This document shows, in pieces, positions 20,070 to 30,700 of a DNA stretch of 64,000 nt (position 1 is the first letter of the stretch; the number at the start of each line of letters is the position of its first letter). The position numbers were made by a program, and so were the translations under genes. The notes beneath the pieces are model-generated. The model did no database searches and had not been told where the DNA came from. It worked only from the letters and a program-made list of their open reading frames with translations. Origin of the DNA: Candidatus Bruticola sp. (GTDB lineage Bacteria > Vulcanimicrobiota > Xenobia > Xenobiales > Xenobiaceae); assembly GCA_051874735.1 (NCBI GenBank), contig JBJEGD010000042.1:22003-86002 (forward strand). Reading direction: 5' to 3'.

Positions 20070-20975
20070 TTACACTTGAATATCAATAACCTCTTCAGGA
20101 TCTACCGTTTCGAAATTTCTATGCTTAGCCGGTAAAATTTCCATTAACCGCTTCATAATAGGCAAACGAAAGGCGGACGTGTCCTCTATAATTCTGTGTT
20201 CAAAAGGCCGAACTGCCGTTCTTATATAAGGTTTTATAATTTCCTCAATCTGACTGAAACGCACGACCACATTTTCAGCTTCCCCAGCTGGAAAACGTCC
20301 GAAAATAAGTTTTCCCGGTTTGCTCAAAACTACGGCATCAACATCGGGCAAGACCGTAGGTTCCATTTCAGTCCAAAATATAGAGCGGAATATTTGCTGA
20401 CGAGATAGTTTATTTCGCAGCAGAACTATACGCGGCACATAAATATTGCGGCCGTTGTAGCGCTTAGTCAACTGAGAGCGAGCGTTAGCGTACGCCCACA
20501 TGGCATCCATCTGTTCAGGAGGGAAATAGTGCGGTAGTTCATCGTCGCCCATAGACATACGGTGAATAGTTCGCTTGTTTTGTTCATTCCAGAGAACCTG
20601 CAGCTGAGCTCCATCCGGCTTTTCTATAACCTGACCATTAGGCGCATATATCCAATATTTGGTATTTTTGCAGAACTGAGCCAGTATGGGAAGACTTTCG
20701 CGAGCGATAAAACTAGGGCAGACACAAGGCACGCTCACACTCAGGCCGGTTTCATAAGCACAGAAGTTAATTACTCCAGCCCCAGGAGCTTTGCAGACGA
20801 AATCAAAAGAAACTAAAGTTTCCGGATTAATGTATTCGGCACTCCATAAGGCTCCACGAGCTCCGCCTTCAGAGAACTCGATATTAGGAGAAAGGGCGGC
20901 GACCTGCTGCTTAAGTTCTTCTGGGGTGGGACGCTTCTCCGACGTTGATACTAAAATATCCAAATCGAAACCCAA
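20070..20975 (-). CDS. Hypothetical protein
   Basis: 301-aa ORF with GGAGG upstream; no recognised motif. Confidence 0.6.
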   Translation of the reverse strand: MGFDLDILVSTSEKRPTPEELKQQVAALSPNIEFSEGGARGALWSAEYINPETLVSFDFVCKAPGAGVINFCAYETGLSVSVPCVCPSFIARESLPILAQFCKNTKYWIYAPNGQVIEKPDGAQLQVLWNEQNKRTIHRMSMGDDELPHYFPPEQMDAMWAYANARSQLTKRYNGRNIYVPRIVLLRNKLSRQQIFRSIFWTEMEPTVLPDVDAVVLSKPGKLIFGRFPAGEAENVVVRFSQIEEIIKPYIRTAVRPFEHRIIEDTSAFRLPIMKRLMEILPAKHRNFETVDPEEVIDIQV

Positions 20976-21190
20976 AATTCATACCTCCAGAATAAAACTT
21001 TCCTTAAACTTCTACTTTTGTTTTTTATTAGGTTAAACCTCCCGCCCAAAGAAATCATATTCAAAAATGCTTTTACGGCTAAACGTCCTTACAGTTATAA
21101 ACATTCAAAAAGAAGGGCCTAGGACAGCCAGACAAGAAGAGTTCCCTTCCAAATAACTATAGAGGCGTCTGTAAGAGGTAGATACAGTTT

Positions 21191-22372
21191 ATGACCGCTT
21201 TCAATTTCAAACAGTACTTATCTATTGCCGGAACTTTAGCAGTGCTTTCTTGTACTGCTCCCTTTATATCTCCGGTACAAGCTGAAAATGCCGGGGATAG
21301 CGGAAGTATAACTATATACAAAGCTTCAGAAACTGAATCGCAGCCTAACGATGATGCGCATAAATTGGGTATTGACGAATCTTCCGCCTCCTCCACTACA
21401 GAAGCATCACCTGCTCAAAAGACTTCGGAACCTGAGAACCATGAAAAAATGGGGGAAACATCTCCAGACTATACAAACGACGAGCAGCCAATTTTTGATA
21501 TGCGCGGCGACGACGGCGTACTCATGGACTTCCGCCCCAGCGGCATCTCTTTTCTTAGCCAGAATAGACTCTTAGTATGCGACGAAAATAGTCAGCAGAT
21601 GCATATATTTGACACTGAAGGACGACGCTTCCGCCGTTTAGAAGTGCCACGTGTCTTTTCTCAGCCCCGCTATACAGGTTTATGCAACTTAGAAGATAAT
21701 AAGTTCTTTGTTATAGGCAGTCATCACCACATAAATAACAATACTCGCTTTCTTTGGGCTCGAGGTGTGCTGCATTATTATGAACTGCGCGGAGAACGCT
21801 TTACCGATAACTCTTCAGTGAACAATTACGATCCAGATACAGCTTGGAGAAACACTGGCTTTTTTGGTGAGAGTGCTAAACAACGCTTAAAAGTAGAAGG
21901 CATCGCTTGCAATCCCGTAGACGATGCACTTTATTTTGCCCTTTCCCAACCAGTTAACCCGGATGAGAGCGTAATTGTTTATAAAACTTCTCTCAACCAA
22001 GTTATCGAAAAAAAGAAAAAGATCAGTTTTGAAGTTCTTAAAACTAACTTAAAACCTGGTCTAGACGCTTCTTTAAATGAGCCCTTTATTTTAACGGATA
22101 TATACTATTTGCAGGACAAGGGACTCCTCTTCCTGCTCTCTTCTAGAACTACCGACGAAAGATTCAGCGGTACCAGCCAAATTTGGTACCAACCCGACGG
22201 CTCAGAAGAGGCCCGCCTCGTCGCCGATGAAATAGCTCCGGGCAACTTCGGTTCTGGTTTAGCCGCTTTCAAAATAGGCAACGCCTATAACATAGGCATA
22301 GTATTTGATAACAATCCATCCCAGAATGACACACCATCGCGCTTCATGCTTTTAGAAAACGTCGACATTTAA
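21191..22372 (+). CDS. Secreted beta-propeller-like protein
   Basis: Signal peptide ending VQA-E, acidic linker, propeller-like blades (PSGISF..LLVCDE, VEGIAC..LYFAL). Confidence 0.65.
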   Translation: MTAFNFKQYLSIAGTLAVLSCTAPFISPVQAENAGDSGSITIYKASETESQPNDDAHKLGIDESSASSTTEASPAQKTSEPENHEKMGETSPDYTNDEQPIFDMRGDDGVLMDFRPSGISFLSQNRLLVCDENSQQMHIFDTEGRRFRRLEVPRVFSQPRYTGLCNLEDNKFFVIGSHHHINNNTRFLWARGVLHYYELRGERFTDNSSVNNYDPDTAWRNTGFFGESAKQRLKVEGIACNPVDDALYFALSQPVNPDESVIVYKTSLNQVIEKKKKISFEVLKTNLKPGLDASLNEPFILTDIYYLQDKGLLFLLSSRTTDERFSGTSQIWYQPDGSEEARLVADEIAPGNFGSGLAAFKIGNAYNIGIVFDNNPSQNDTPSRFMLLENVDI

Positions 22373-22397
22373 AGCGCATTTGAGGAATAAAATTATT

Positions 22398-22952
22398 ATG
22401 ACAGATGCCCAAGTATCATCTATTGAGCAGGTTGCTACCCCCGATAATAATCAGCGTGAGTGGTATGCTGACGGCTTGAAGTTTACCTGCCAGCGATGCG
22501 GACGATGTTGTTCTGGCCCTTCTGGAATAGTGCAGTGTACTCGCGAAGAAGCTGAAGCGATGCTCAAAGAACTAAATATGGATTGGTCTGAATTCCTCAA
22601 TTCCGTAGCTTGCGAATATGAAGGGCAGCTTTATATAAGAGAAGTACGCTGCAAATACGGCTTTGACTGCGTACTTTTAGAACGCAACAAAAACGATCGA
22701 CGCGCTCCTACCGGCTGTATGGTCAGGAATTCGCGTCCAATGCAATGCAGAACTTGGCCTTTCTGGTCAGAGGTGATTTACTCTCCCAAAACTTGGAAGT
22801 TAGCCTCAAAACGCTGTCCCGGAATAGGCGTGGGCGAGCTTCATTCTGCGGAGGAGATAAAACGCAAAGCGCAAGAAACTTCAGATCCAGTCGGCGCTCC
22901 CCCAGAAGAGATGAGCCGCGCTGCCCGTCTGCAGCGCGGCTCATCGAAATAG
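22398..22952 (+). CDS. YkgJ family (CxxCxxCC) cysteine-cluster protein
   Basis: WYADGLKFTCQRCGRCC...DCVLL...GCMV..SRPMQCRTWPFW...CPGIG. Confidence 0.88.
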   Translation: MTDAQVSSIEQVATPDNNQREWYADGLKFTCQRCGRCCSGPSGIVQCTREEAEAMLKELNMDWSEFLNSVACEYEGQLYIREVRCKYGFDCVLLERNKNDRRAPTGCMVRNSRPMQCRTWPFWSEVIYSPKTWKLASKRCPGIGVGELHSAEEIKRKAQETSDPVGAPPEEMSRAARLQRGSSK

Positions 22953-23010
22953 AGCTAAACGGTAAATTCTGAGAGCAATTAGGCAATCTAATTCAGCCCT
23001 TGATGCTTTT

Positions 23011-23382
23011 TTAGTACCAAATTTTCCTAGCATCAATAGATCTATCCCAATCCCGTCCTCCGTGTACCTTGATCACAACTCCTTTCTTGATTTCTCCAAA
23101 AAATTCAGACCAGTTGACCTTATCGCAGCGGAACTGACTTTCATCTGTATCAGAATGAGTGAGCTTCATCATTTCTGTGTTATGCTTGATATACACCCAG
23201 TTCTGCACCCTGTTAGGGTCAGCATCGAGTTCGGCAATACCTAAGCGCTGCTGAGCTTTATCAATAACTACAACCCTGTAATCACCGGTAGTTAGAACAA
23301 TTTGAGCGTTTGCTTCCTGAAGACCGCAAGCTAAAAATACTAATGCGGCTAAAAATACGAAATATTTCGCGATTTTTTCCAT
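23011..23382 (-). CDS. Small exported hypothetical protein (OB-fold-like, beta-rich)
   Basis: Signal peptide ending EANA-Q; AGGAG RBS. Confidence 0.65.
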   Translation of the reverse strand: MEKIAKYFVFLAALVFLACGLQEANAQIVLTTGDYRVVVIDKAQQRLGIAELDADPNRVQNWVYIKHNTEMMKLTHSDTDESQFRCDKVNWSEFFGEIKKGVVIKVHGGRDWDRSIDARKIWY

Positions 23383-23726
23383 GAGGTTCTCTCCTACCTA
23401 TACCCATTATTTACATGTAGTGAAATATATTTCGCTCTTCTTTGTTTGCAATCTAAATTTCTCAAAATGAACGAGAAAAAAACAGCCGACTTTTCGGCAG
23501 CCGTTTATCCTTATCCCTCTTAAGCAGGATTTAATAACTAAGGCTCGCAGATATACAGACGGCAGTATTGCCGCGACATAAAATATAAAATAAGAGAGCG
23601 GGGTGGCTCTCAGCTTTTTCAGAAAAATACTAGTACACAAAAATTACGGCTAGGCGGATGATAAGGCTTTATCAGACTGCCAAACTACTAGTAACATAGT
23701 AAGTTTTTATTAGGCGGTGCGTTTTT

Positions 23727-24200
23727 ATGGCAAATTATCCCTGCGCAGAATGCGGTTCTATGGTAGAAACTGCCGGCCTTGGCGCTTGTAAAAAATGCGG
23801 AAGCAAGAAACCCTTTAAGTGCAGCAAGTGTGGCAAACAAGTGGGTCTGGATTATGTTTACAAACCAGATAAGTTAACTTTCAGCGGCAAGCCTCTGTAT
23901 TGTCTTGATTGCGGAGCCGATGTAGAGCAAGTGCCCTGCGCTCGCTGCGGCAAAACCTTAATACGTTCAACAGGTGTAGAGCGTCCAGTTGACGGCGTAA
24001 TTAAGGTCTATCACAAAGAGTGTATTGAACAGCAGAGCAAAATATACAAATATGTTATGCCTATTATCGTAATAGTTGGAGCTATTACCATAGGTTATGC
24101 TGCTTATATGATTCTCCATAGCCTGGGAGGAGCAGTACTTGGCGCCCTCATTGGCGCTACATTGGGTAAAGTTGGAGCAGATAAATATCTGCCTAACTAA
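23727..24200 (+). CDS. Multi-zinc-finger protein with two C-terminal TM helices
   Basis: CAEC, CKKC, CSKC, CLDC, CARC, HKEC, then a hydrophobic hairpin. Confidence 0.75.
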   Translation: MANYPCAECGSMVETAGLGACKKCGSKKPFKCSKCGKQVGLDYVYKPDKLTFSGKPLYCLDCGADVEQVPCARCGKTLIRSTGVERPVDGVIKVYHKECIEQQSKIYKYVMPIIVIVGAITIGYAAYMILHSLGGAVLGALIGATLGKVGADKYLPN

Positions 24201-24213
24201 ATAGGCAAAAATA

Positions 24214-24259
24214 AAAAAAAGCAGCCCCCTTCCTAAAGTCGGAATAGGGGGCTATTTTG
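24214..24259. terminator. Bidirectional terminator
   Basis: A-tract-AGCCCCCTTCC...GGAATAGGGGGCT-ATTTT between convergent genes. Confidence 0.75.
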
Positions 24260-24278
24260 TATTTAGAGAAATTATGAT

Positions 24279-24587
24279 TTATTCAGAAAGCTCTTTGGGA
24301 ACAACACCCAAACAATGCAGACGCGCCATCGACTCTATAAAATATTCTTTACTACCCGGCTCAAGTTCTTCCCAAATGTAGGTAAATACCTTATCGGCAG
24401 CTCCTAAAGCACGACGCACTCGACGGCTCTGATTAAAATAACTGTTCAGCCTCCTGTTCAAGCCTACATCAGGGCATTCAACTTTTATACCTTCTTCATC
24501 GCTGAAACTAACAGTCCCTAAGGGGAACTCCCCCAGTTTACGTCCATCGCGAGCCATAACTAAAGGATACAAGGCATATTCCATCAT
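24279..24587 (-). CDS. Hypothetical protein
   Basis: 102-aa ORF with GAGAGG RBS, 13 bp after the stop of the upstream gene. Confidence 0.65.
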   Translation of the reverse strand: MMEYALYPLVMARDGRKLGEFPLGTVSFSDEEGIKVECPDVGLNRRLNSYFNQSRRVRRALGAADKVFTYIWEELEPGSKEYFIESMARLHCLGVVPKELSE

Positions 24588-24600
24588 TTATGAACCTCTC

Positions 24601-26112
24601 CTAAGCCTGCTTACCGCTTTTTAAATGCAAGTACTCTAGGTAGTCGTACATAAGCCGGTCAAAGTCATAGAGATCTTCCCGACTCCATAACGCCTCGGTA
24701 CAATCGTTAGCTGAGAAATAAGCTTCCACCGCTTGGGCGAAATAGTTAACAGGATCAGCGCATGACATAGGATCGGGAGCGCAATGGCCTTCTAAAGCCG
24801 TTTGGCAAGCCTGAGCGTTGGCCTTAATTACTGGAGACTGCAAACTAGCGAAACTTCCTTCACCTAATGCATGATCCCAAGCCATACCGAAATAGTACAA
24901 AGCTGGATGAAAACCATACAGAGCTTCAGAAGCTTCTTCAAGAAAAATATCCTCAGCTATCAAACAAATGCGTTCTTCAGGAAGATAAGCCCCATAACCT
25001 ATATTTTTTTCCTTAAGATCTGAATCTGCTTGACATACCCGGCGAACTAATTCTTGATGGGATAGCAACTCCACTTTAAGCCCGTCGCGCATGCAAGCAT
25101 CTAAGACCCCCTTGCCAAAACGGCTCAGCAAAATGCGCAGAGATTCTCCCGCCTCAGGGGTAGAACGACAAACGATAAGCTGATCGAGAACCTTTTCCAG
25201 CTCATGGGGAACTTTCAATGTCTCTGTTTCGCGCTTCATTTTTGAAGTGCGTCCGGAAATCTCTACTACTTCAGGCACAGCTTCATGGAAGATAAATCCC
25301 TCAGAATTATCTAGCAGCGATGATATAAAACTGCTACCAGCAGCAGCTCCCGCCCCTTTATCAGTCTTGGCCCTGGAATTAGAAAGATCGACATCTTCGC
25401 CAGCAGGAACCACCGTTTCTTGAGCAGAGACAGAAACTTTAACAGCTCGCTCCGCAGACTGCTCGGAATCTTGTTCAGCAGTCACAGTAACCGTTGGCAC
25501 TGCCTTGTCGATAGCAGTTTCTTCGTTGTTTGTTTCTTCATCGCGGGCTAAAGCTGCAGAGAGAGCCGCTTCTCGTCCGCCTTCCAAATCTATTACAGCA
25601 TCATTACCTAAATGATCACTATGCTGAATTTCTTTTACTGGCTGTTCAGCAGTTGGCAGCTGAGGCTCTTCATTAACTTCGGGAAGCAGCGGCTCAGCCT
25701 GAGCAACCAAGTTAGAACCATCTGAAGAATTAGCGCTGCCCGGATCGGACTCGGCTATAGCGTCTATTAAGCTGGCACCTTGACCATCATCGAAAAGAGT
25801 ATTCGCCGAGCGCATGGCTGCTTTTCTGTCTTCTTCTTCGACATCTTCTTCCCACATTTTGCGAAAGAGAGCCGCCCCACCTCCACCGCCTCCACCACCG
25901 ACTAAATCGTCCATACCGCCAAGCATATCTTCGCCCATATCAGAAAGGTCTGAACTAAATTCAGCGGTATCGTCTATATAATGGCTCTTGCGTACACCGG
26001 CTTTTTCTTTACGTTCGCGCATCATATTGGTACGCAAACCATCACTAGAGCGCTGCGTATTTTCCAGCATACGCTGATTCTGCGAATTCATTATAAAGAT
26101 AGGATCCATCAT
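24601..26112 (-). CDS. Acidic disordered protein with a C-terminal anthrax lethal factor (ATLF)-like zincin domain lacking Zn ligands
   Basis: GAYLPEE..CLI, ALYYFGMAWDH (cf. HExGHAxD), NYFAQAVEAYF (cf. EyFAEaf..Y), LYDFDRLMYDYL. Confidence 0.6.
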   Translation of the reverse strand: MMDPIFIMNSQNQRMLENTQRSSDGLRTNMMRERKEKAGVRKSHYIDDTAEFSSDLSDMGEDMLGGMDDLVGGGGGGGGAALFRKMWEEDVEEEDRKAAMRSANTLFDDGQGASLIDAIAESDPGSANSSDGSNLVAQAEPLLPEVNEEPQLPTAEQPVKEIQHSDHLGNDAVIDLEGGREAALSAALARDEETNNEETAIDKAVPTVTVTAEQDSEQSAERAVKVSVSAQETVVPAGEDVDLSNSRAKTDKGAGAAAGSSFISSLLDNSEGFIFHEAVPEVVEISGRTSKMKRETETLKVPHELEKVLDQLIVCRSTPEAGESLRILLSRFGKGVLDACMRDGLKVELLSHQELVRRVCQADSDLKEKNIGYGAYLPEERICLIAEDIFLEEASEALYGFHPALYYFGMAWDHALGEGSFASLQSPVIKANAQACQTALEGHCAPDPMSCADPVNYFAQAVEAYFSANDCTEALWSREDLYDFDRLMYDYLEYLHLKSGKQA

Positions 26113-26188
26113 ATCGCTCTTACCTTCGCTTCATAAAGGTAATTCCTTCATACCTTTAGTTTACGCTTATGTAGCGATCTGACAAATC

Positions 26189-26246
26189 AAAAAAAAGCTG
26201 CAGCACCGGATTTAGTATCATAAATTCCGGACTCGCTGCAGCTTTA
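26189..26246 (-). terminator. Terminator downstream of trpB
   Basis: AAAGCTGCAGC...GCTGCAGCTTT inverted repeat with an A8 tract on + (T-tract on -). Confidence 0.7.
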
Positions 26247-26288
26247 CGTATCTCAAATTACAGCACTAACTGGCCACAACTTTAGCGC

Positions 26289-27524
26289 TTACTTAATAAG
26301 ATAATCTTCACCATAACCGTAATTTTCAATAATATAATCCATGTCTTTGTCACCACGGCCAGAAAGATTGACCAAAATAGAGCCATGAGCCTTATTTCTA
26401 GCCAGCTTCATAGCGTAAGCTAGAGCGTGAGAACTCTCTAAAGCCGGAATAATTCCCTCGTACCGTGAAAGGTTATAAAAAGCTTCTAAAGCTTCTTTGT
26501 CACTTACCTTATCGTAGACAACACGACCTAAGCTGTGCAGAAAAGCATGCTCTGGACCGACTGAAGGGTAATCCAAACCAGAAGCGACAGAATAGACGGG
26601 AGCGGGGTTACCTTTTTCATCTTTTAACATTAAGCTGTTAAATCCGTGCATAACGCCAGGAGTGCCGTAAGTAATACTGGCGGCATGGTCGCCCATAGAA
26701 TCTCCACGTCCCAAAGGCTCAACTCCGTAAATTTTGACTGGATCGTTCAAGAAGGCGCCGAAAAGTCCCATAGAATTGCTGCCGCCACCGACACAAGCCA
26801 CCACAGCGTCAGGTAGAAAGCCCATCATGTCCAAAAACTGCTCACGAGCTTCAATCCCTACAACCATTTGAAAATCACGGACAATTAAAGGAAATGGATG
26901 GGGGCCAACAGCAGAACCGATACAATATATAGCCGTCTCGTATTCCTTCAAATAGGCTTCAAAAGCGGCATCGACAGCTTCTTTCAATGTTTTTAAACCG
27001 TGAGAAACAGGGACAACTCTGGCCCCTAAAAGCTTCATGCGCGACACGTTAGGGGCCTGCTTCTTAATATCTACTTCTCCCATATAAATGTCGCACTCTA
27101 AGCCAAAATAAGCGGCGGCAGTGGCTAAAGCCACACCATGCTGACCAGCGCCAGTTTCAGCTATCAGCTTCTTTTTGCCCATAAATTTAGCTAAAAGTCC
27201 CTCGCCCATACAATGATTGAGTTTATGCGCTCCAGTATGGTTAAGATCTTCACGCTTTAAATAAATTTGCGTATGGCCTAATAAGTTCGAGAGACGCTCA
27301 CAATGGTAAACCGGAGTCGGACGCCCTTGAAACTCCCGGCGAATACGGCGCAGCTCTGTAACGAACTTAGAAGAATGGCATATAGTACGATAAGCCTCAG
27401 TAATTTCTTCAAAAGCAGGAACGAGCTGTTCAGGCAGATAGGCACCTCCAAAGGGGCCAAACATGCCTTTTGAGTCGGGATAATCTTTTAAATATGTGTC
27501 AAAATCTACATTGTTCTTAATCAT
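26289..27524 (-). CDS. trpB: Tryptophan synthase beta chain (stand-alone)
   Basis: [18 protein letters not shown]-lysine motif, [40 protein letters not shown]. Confidence 0.96.
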   Translation of the reverse strand: MIKNNVDFDTYLKDYPDSKGMFGPFGGAYLPEQLVPAFEEITEAYRTICHSSKFVTELRRIRREFQGRPTPVYHCERLSNLLGHTQIYLKREDLNHTGAHKLNHCMGEGLLAKFMGKKKLIAETGAGQHGVALATAAAYFGLECDIYMGEVDIKKQAPNVSRMKLLGARVVPVSHGLKTLKEAVDAAFEAYLKEYETAIYCIGSAVGPHPFPLIVRDFQMVVGIEAREQFLDMMGFLPDAVVACVGGGSNSMGLFGAFLNDPVKIYGVEPLGRGDSMGDHAASITYGTPGVMHGFNSLMLKDEKGNPAPVYSVASGLDYPSVGPEHAFLHSLGRVVYDKVSDKEALEAFYNLSRYEGIIPALESSHALAYAMKLARNKAHGSILVNLSGRGDKDMDYIIENYGYGEDYLIK

Positions 27525-27764
27525 TAAAAATAACTCCCAACTAACCGATCGAAACAAAAGAACCGGCAGAAACTAAAATACTGACTGCTGACGCATGAGC
27601 CCAGTTTAGCACTTGAAAGAGAATTAAGAAAATAAAAAAGTTCAATTAATAAGAAATATTTATATTTTTTTTATGTTTTAATATTAAAAAGGGAATATTT
27701 ATATTTTTTATCCTAAGATAAAAACAATAAACAGGCATAAAAAGTTGCTTTATCGGTTCCAAAA

Positions 27765-30700
27765 TTAATTTACAAAACAATTTTCTCCCAAAAGTCGGCT
27801 CAATTCAAAACGAAGTTCACTGGAATCAGCAACACAATAACTGCGACTTAAGCGGATTACCGTAGTACGTTCAGTATCGTGAACATGTACAAAAACGAAG
27901 CTATCGCCACGATAACGCAGCAAAATTTCTCTAAAATTCCCTACAAGATGGCGCTGATTAGAAGATATACTAATATTGAGGCCTTTTAAACTTTTAGCTA
28001 CAGAGTCATCAAATTTTTTGTCAGCTTTATTGCCAGAAGCTAAAATAAAATTGACGTCGGTAACCTCAATAGTATTAATGCGGTATTTTTCTTCTTCAGG
28101 CTCAGACGACTCATTGGTTAAAATTTCTTCCTCATCACTGTCTTCATCATTATCTTCAAAGACAGGCTGAGGCGCAGGGTTGAAACCGTGATCAATTTCT
28201 ACAGCACCCCGCACAATAATAACTTGGCCCTCCCCACATTTTTCTATATTGGCCTCAAAATCGCGAGGTTTTAAAGAGAAATCTACTGTACCTGTAAAAT
28301 CTTGCACCGTGACAAAGGCCATTTTCTCTTTGCGTTTAGTTACCACCGTGCGACAAGCCGTCACTAATCCCCCGATTTTAACAACGCTGCCCACCGCTGA
28401 TCCTAAATTATCGATGGTATGAGTAACGTTTTCTTTTAAAACCTCTTTGTAATCTTCCAAAGGTGACCCTGAAAGATACACACCTAACATATCTTTTTCA
28501 AAATCGAGTAGTTCACGCCGACTAAATTCCTCTTCATGCTGGCGAATCACACAACTAACGTCATCTTGATCGCCATCGTCATCTGTACTGCCGAAAAGAC
28601 CGCCCTGAAATTCAGCGGCTTCACGCTGGCGCATCTTCATATATTCTGAAATATGGTCTAAATTACTCAGTAAAGTAGCTCTGTTAATACCAAAGATATC
28701 GGTCGCTCCAGACTTAATAAGTCCTTCCCACACTTTTTTGTTTACATAGCGCGGATCTACTCTAGAGCAGAAATCGACCAAATTTTTATAAGGGCCATTA
28801 GCTTTGCGCTCATTTACAATAACATTGACAGCGCCAACTCCCACGCCTCGCAAAGCAGCCATTCCCCAACGCACAGCCCCATTACTTACAGAGAAACTGG
28901 CTAAGGATTCGTTGATATCAGGCCCCAGCACCTCCAAACCGGAACTGCGACACTCGTGAATAAAAAATGATACTTTTTTTATATCATTCATAACGCTGGT
29001 CATTAAGGCAGCCATATATTCCGGCCGATAATAAGTTTTTAACCACGCAGTCTGGAAAGTGACCATCGCGTAAGCTGCTGAATGGGATTTATTGAAACCG
29101 TATTCAGCGAAATTAGCCATAGTTTGGAAAATATCTTCAGCACACTGTCTATCTACGCCGCGTTCTTCAGCTCCATTAACAAAGTAAACACGATGTTCAG
29201 CCATGACGTCTTTTTTCTTTTTACCCATGGCCTTGCGCAGTTTATCAGCTTTAGCCATAGTATATCCAGCTAAAGTAGTGGCCGTCAGCATGACCTGTTC
29301 TTGATAAAGGAAAAAGCCGTAAGTATCAGCTAAAATGTGTTCCAATTTAGGGTGAGGGTAGACTACTCCTCCGCCGCGACCGTGACGGCGAGCAATAAAA
29401 TCATCGACAACGCCTCCTTTGATAGGACCAGGACGATAGAGAGCTAAAAAAGCGACAATATCGGTAAAACGATCTGGTTTCAGCTGCTTTAAATAGCGCT
29501 TCATACCGTCAGATTCAAGCTGAAAAACTCCGTTGGTATCGGCGGCGGAAAGCAGAGCATAAACATTCGGATCTTCATAGTTTATATCTTTATTAAGATC
29601 GATCTTTTTGCCCCTAGAGTACTCGATAATTTTTAAACAATTATCAATTACTGTTAAGTTACGCAAACCCAAAAAGTCCATTTTGACCATGCCAACTTCA
29701 GCAGAATCATTCATATCATACTGTACTACCACATCATCGCCGTTTTTTTGCAAAGGAACCAACTGGCCCAGCGGCAGACTGGAAATAATAACGCCTGCTG
29801 CATGCATACCTGTATTTCGGGCCATTCCCTCGCAGCGTCTGGCTTCATCTACTAATTGTCGGTACGTGTCATTACTCTCATACAATTTTTTAAAATCAGG
29901 ACTGTTGAGAGCCGTCTTTAAATTAATTTTCGGTTCATCGGGAATAGCTTTACAGAGTTTACCGACGTCGCTTAAAGGCACGTCCATTACTCGTCCCACA
30001 TCGCGAACGGCATTTTTAGCTTTCATGCGCCCATAAGTAGCGATCTGTGAAACGCGATCTTCACCATAACGTTCACGGCAATACTGAATAACTTCGCCTC
30101 GTCTATCAACACAAAAATCAGTATCAATATCAGGTAATTCTGTTCGTTCAGGATTTAAAAAGCGTTCAAAAAGCAGATCGTATTTGAGCGGGTCTAATTG
30201 AGTTATCCCTATTAAATAGGCTACTAATGAACCGGCAGCCGAACCACGCCCCGGCCCCACGGGAATGCCGTGTTTGCGCGACCAGTTAATAAAGTCCCAA
30301 ACCAGCAGGAAATAGTCAGGGAAACCTTTACCAATAATAACATCGAGCTCAGTTTCTAACCTGTCAAGATATTGCTGTCCAGGTTCAAGCGTGCCAAAAC
30401 GTTCAAGCAGTCCTTTGCGGCAGAGGTCTTTAAGGTAATCGGTGCTGTTAGTTCCCTCAGGAACCGGAAACTTAGGCAAGTAAGTAGTACTAAAATCCAT
30501 TTCAAAGCAACACCGCTGAGCCACAAGCAAAGTGTTGTCCACTGCTTCAGGGCAGAAAGAAAAAGCTTCCAGCATTTCCTCCCGCGTTTTTAAGTAACAC
30601 TCCGGGCAGGAATGTAAACGCTTCGATTCACTTAAAAGTTTGCCGGAGCCGACACAGATAAGCGTGTCCTGTACATCGGTATCTTCTCTGTTCAAAAAGT

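Noticed and set aside
19818-26112. Genomic island or prophage integrated at tRNA-Pro
   Set aside because: No integrase, no phage genes and no repeat of the tRNA 3' end seen in the window.
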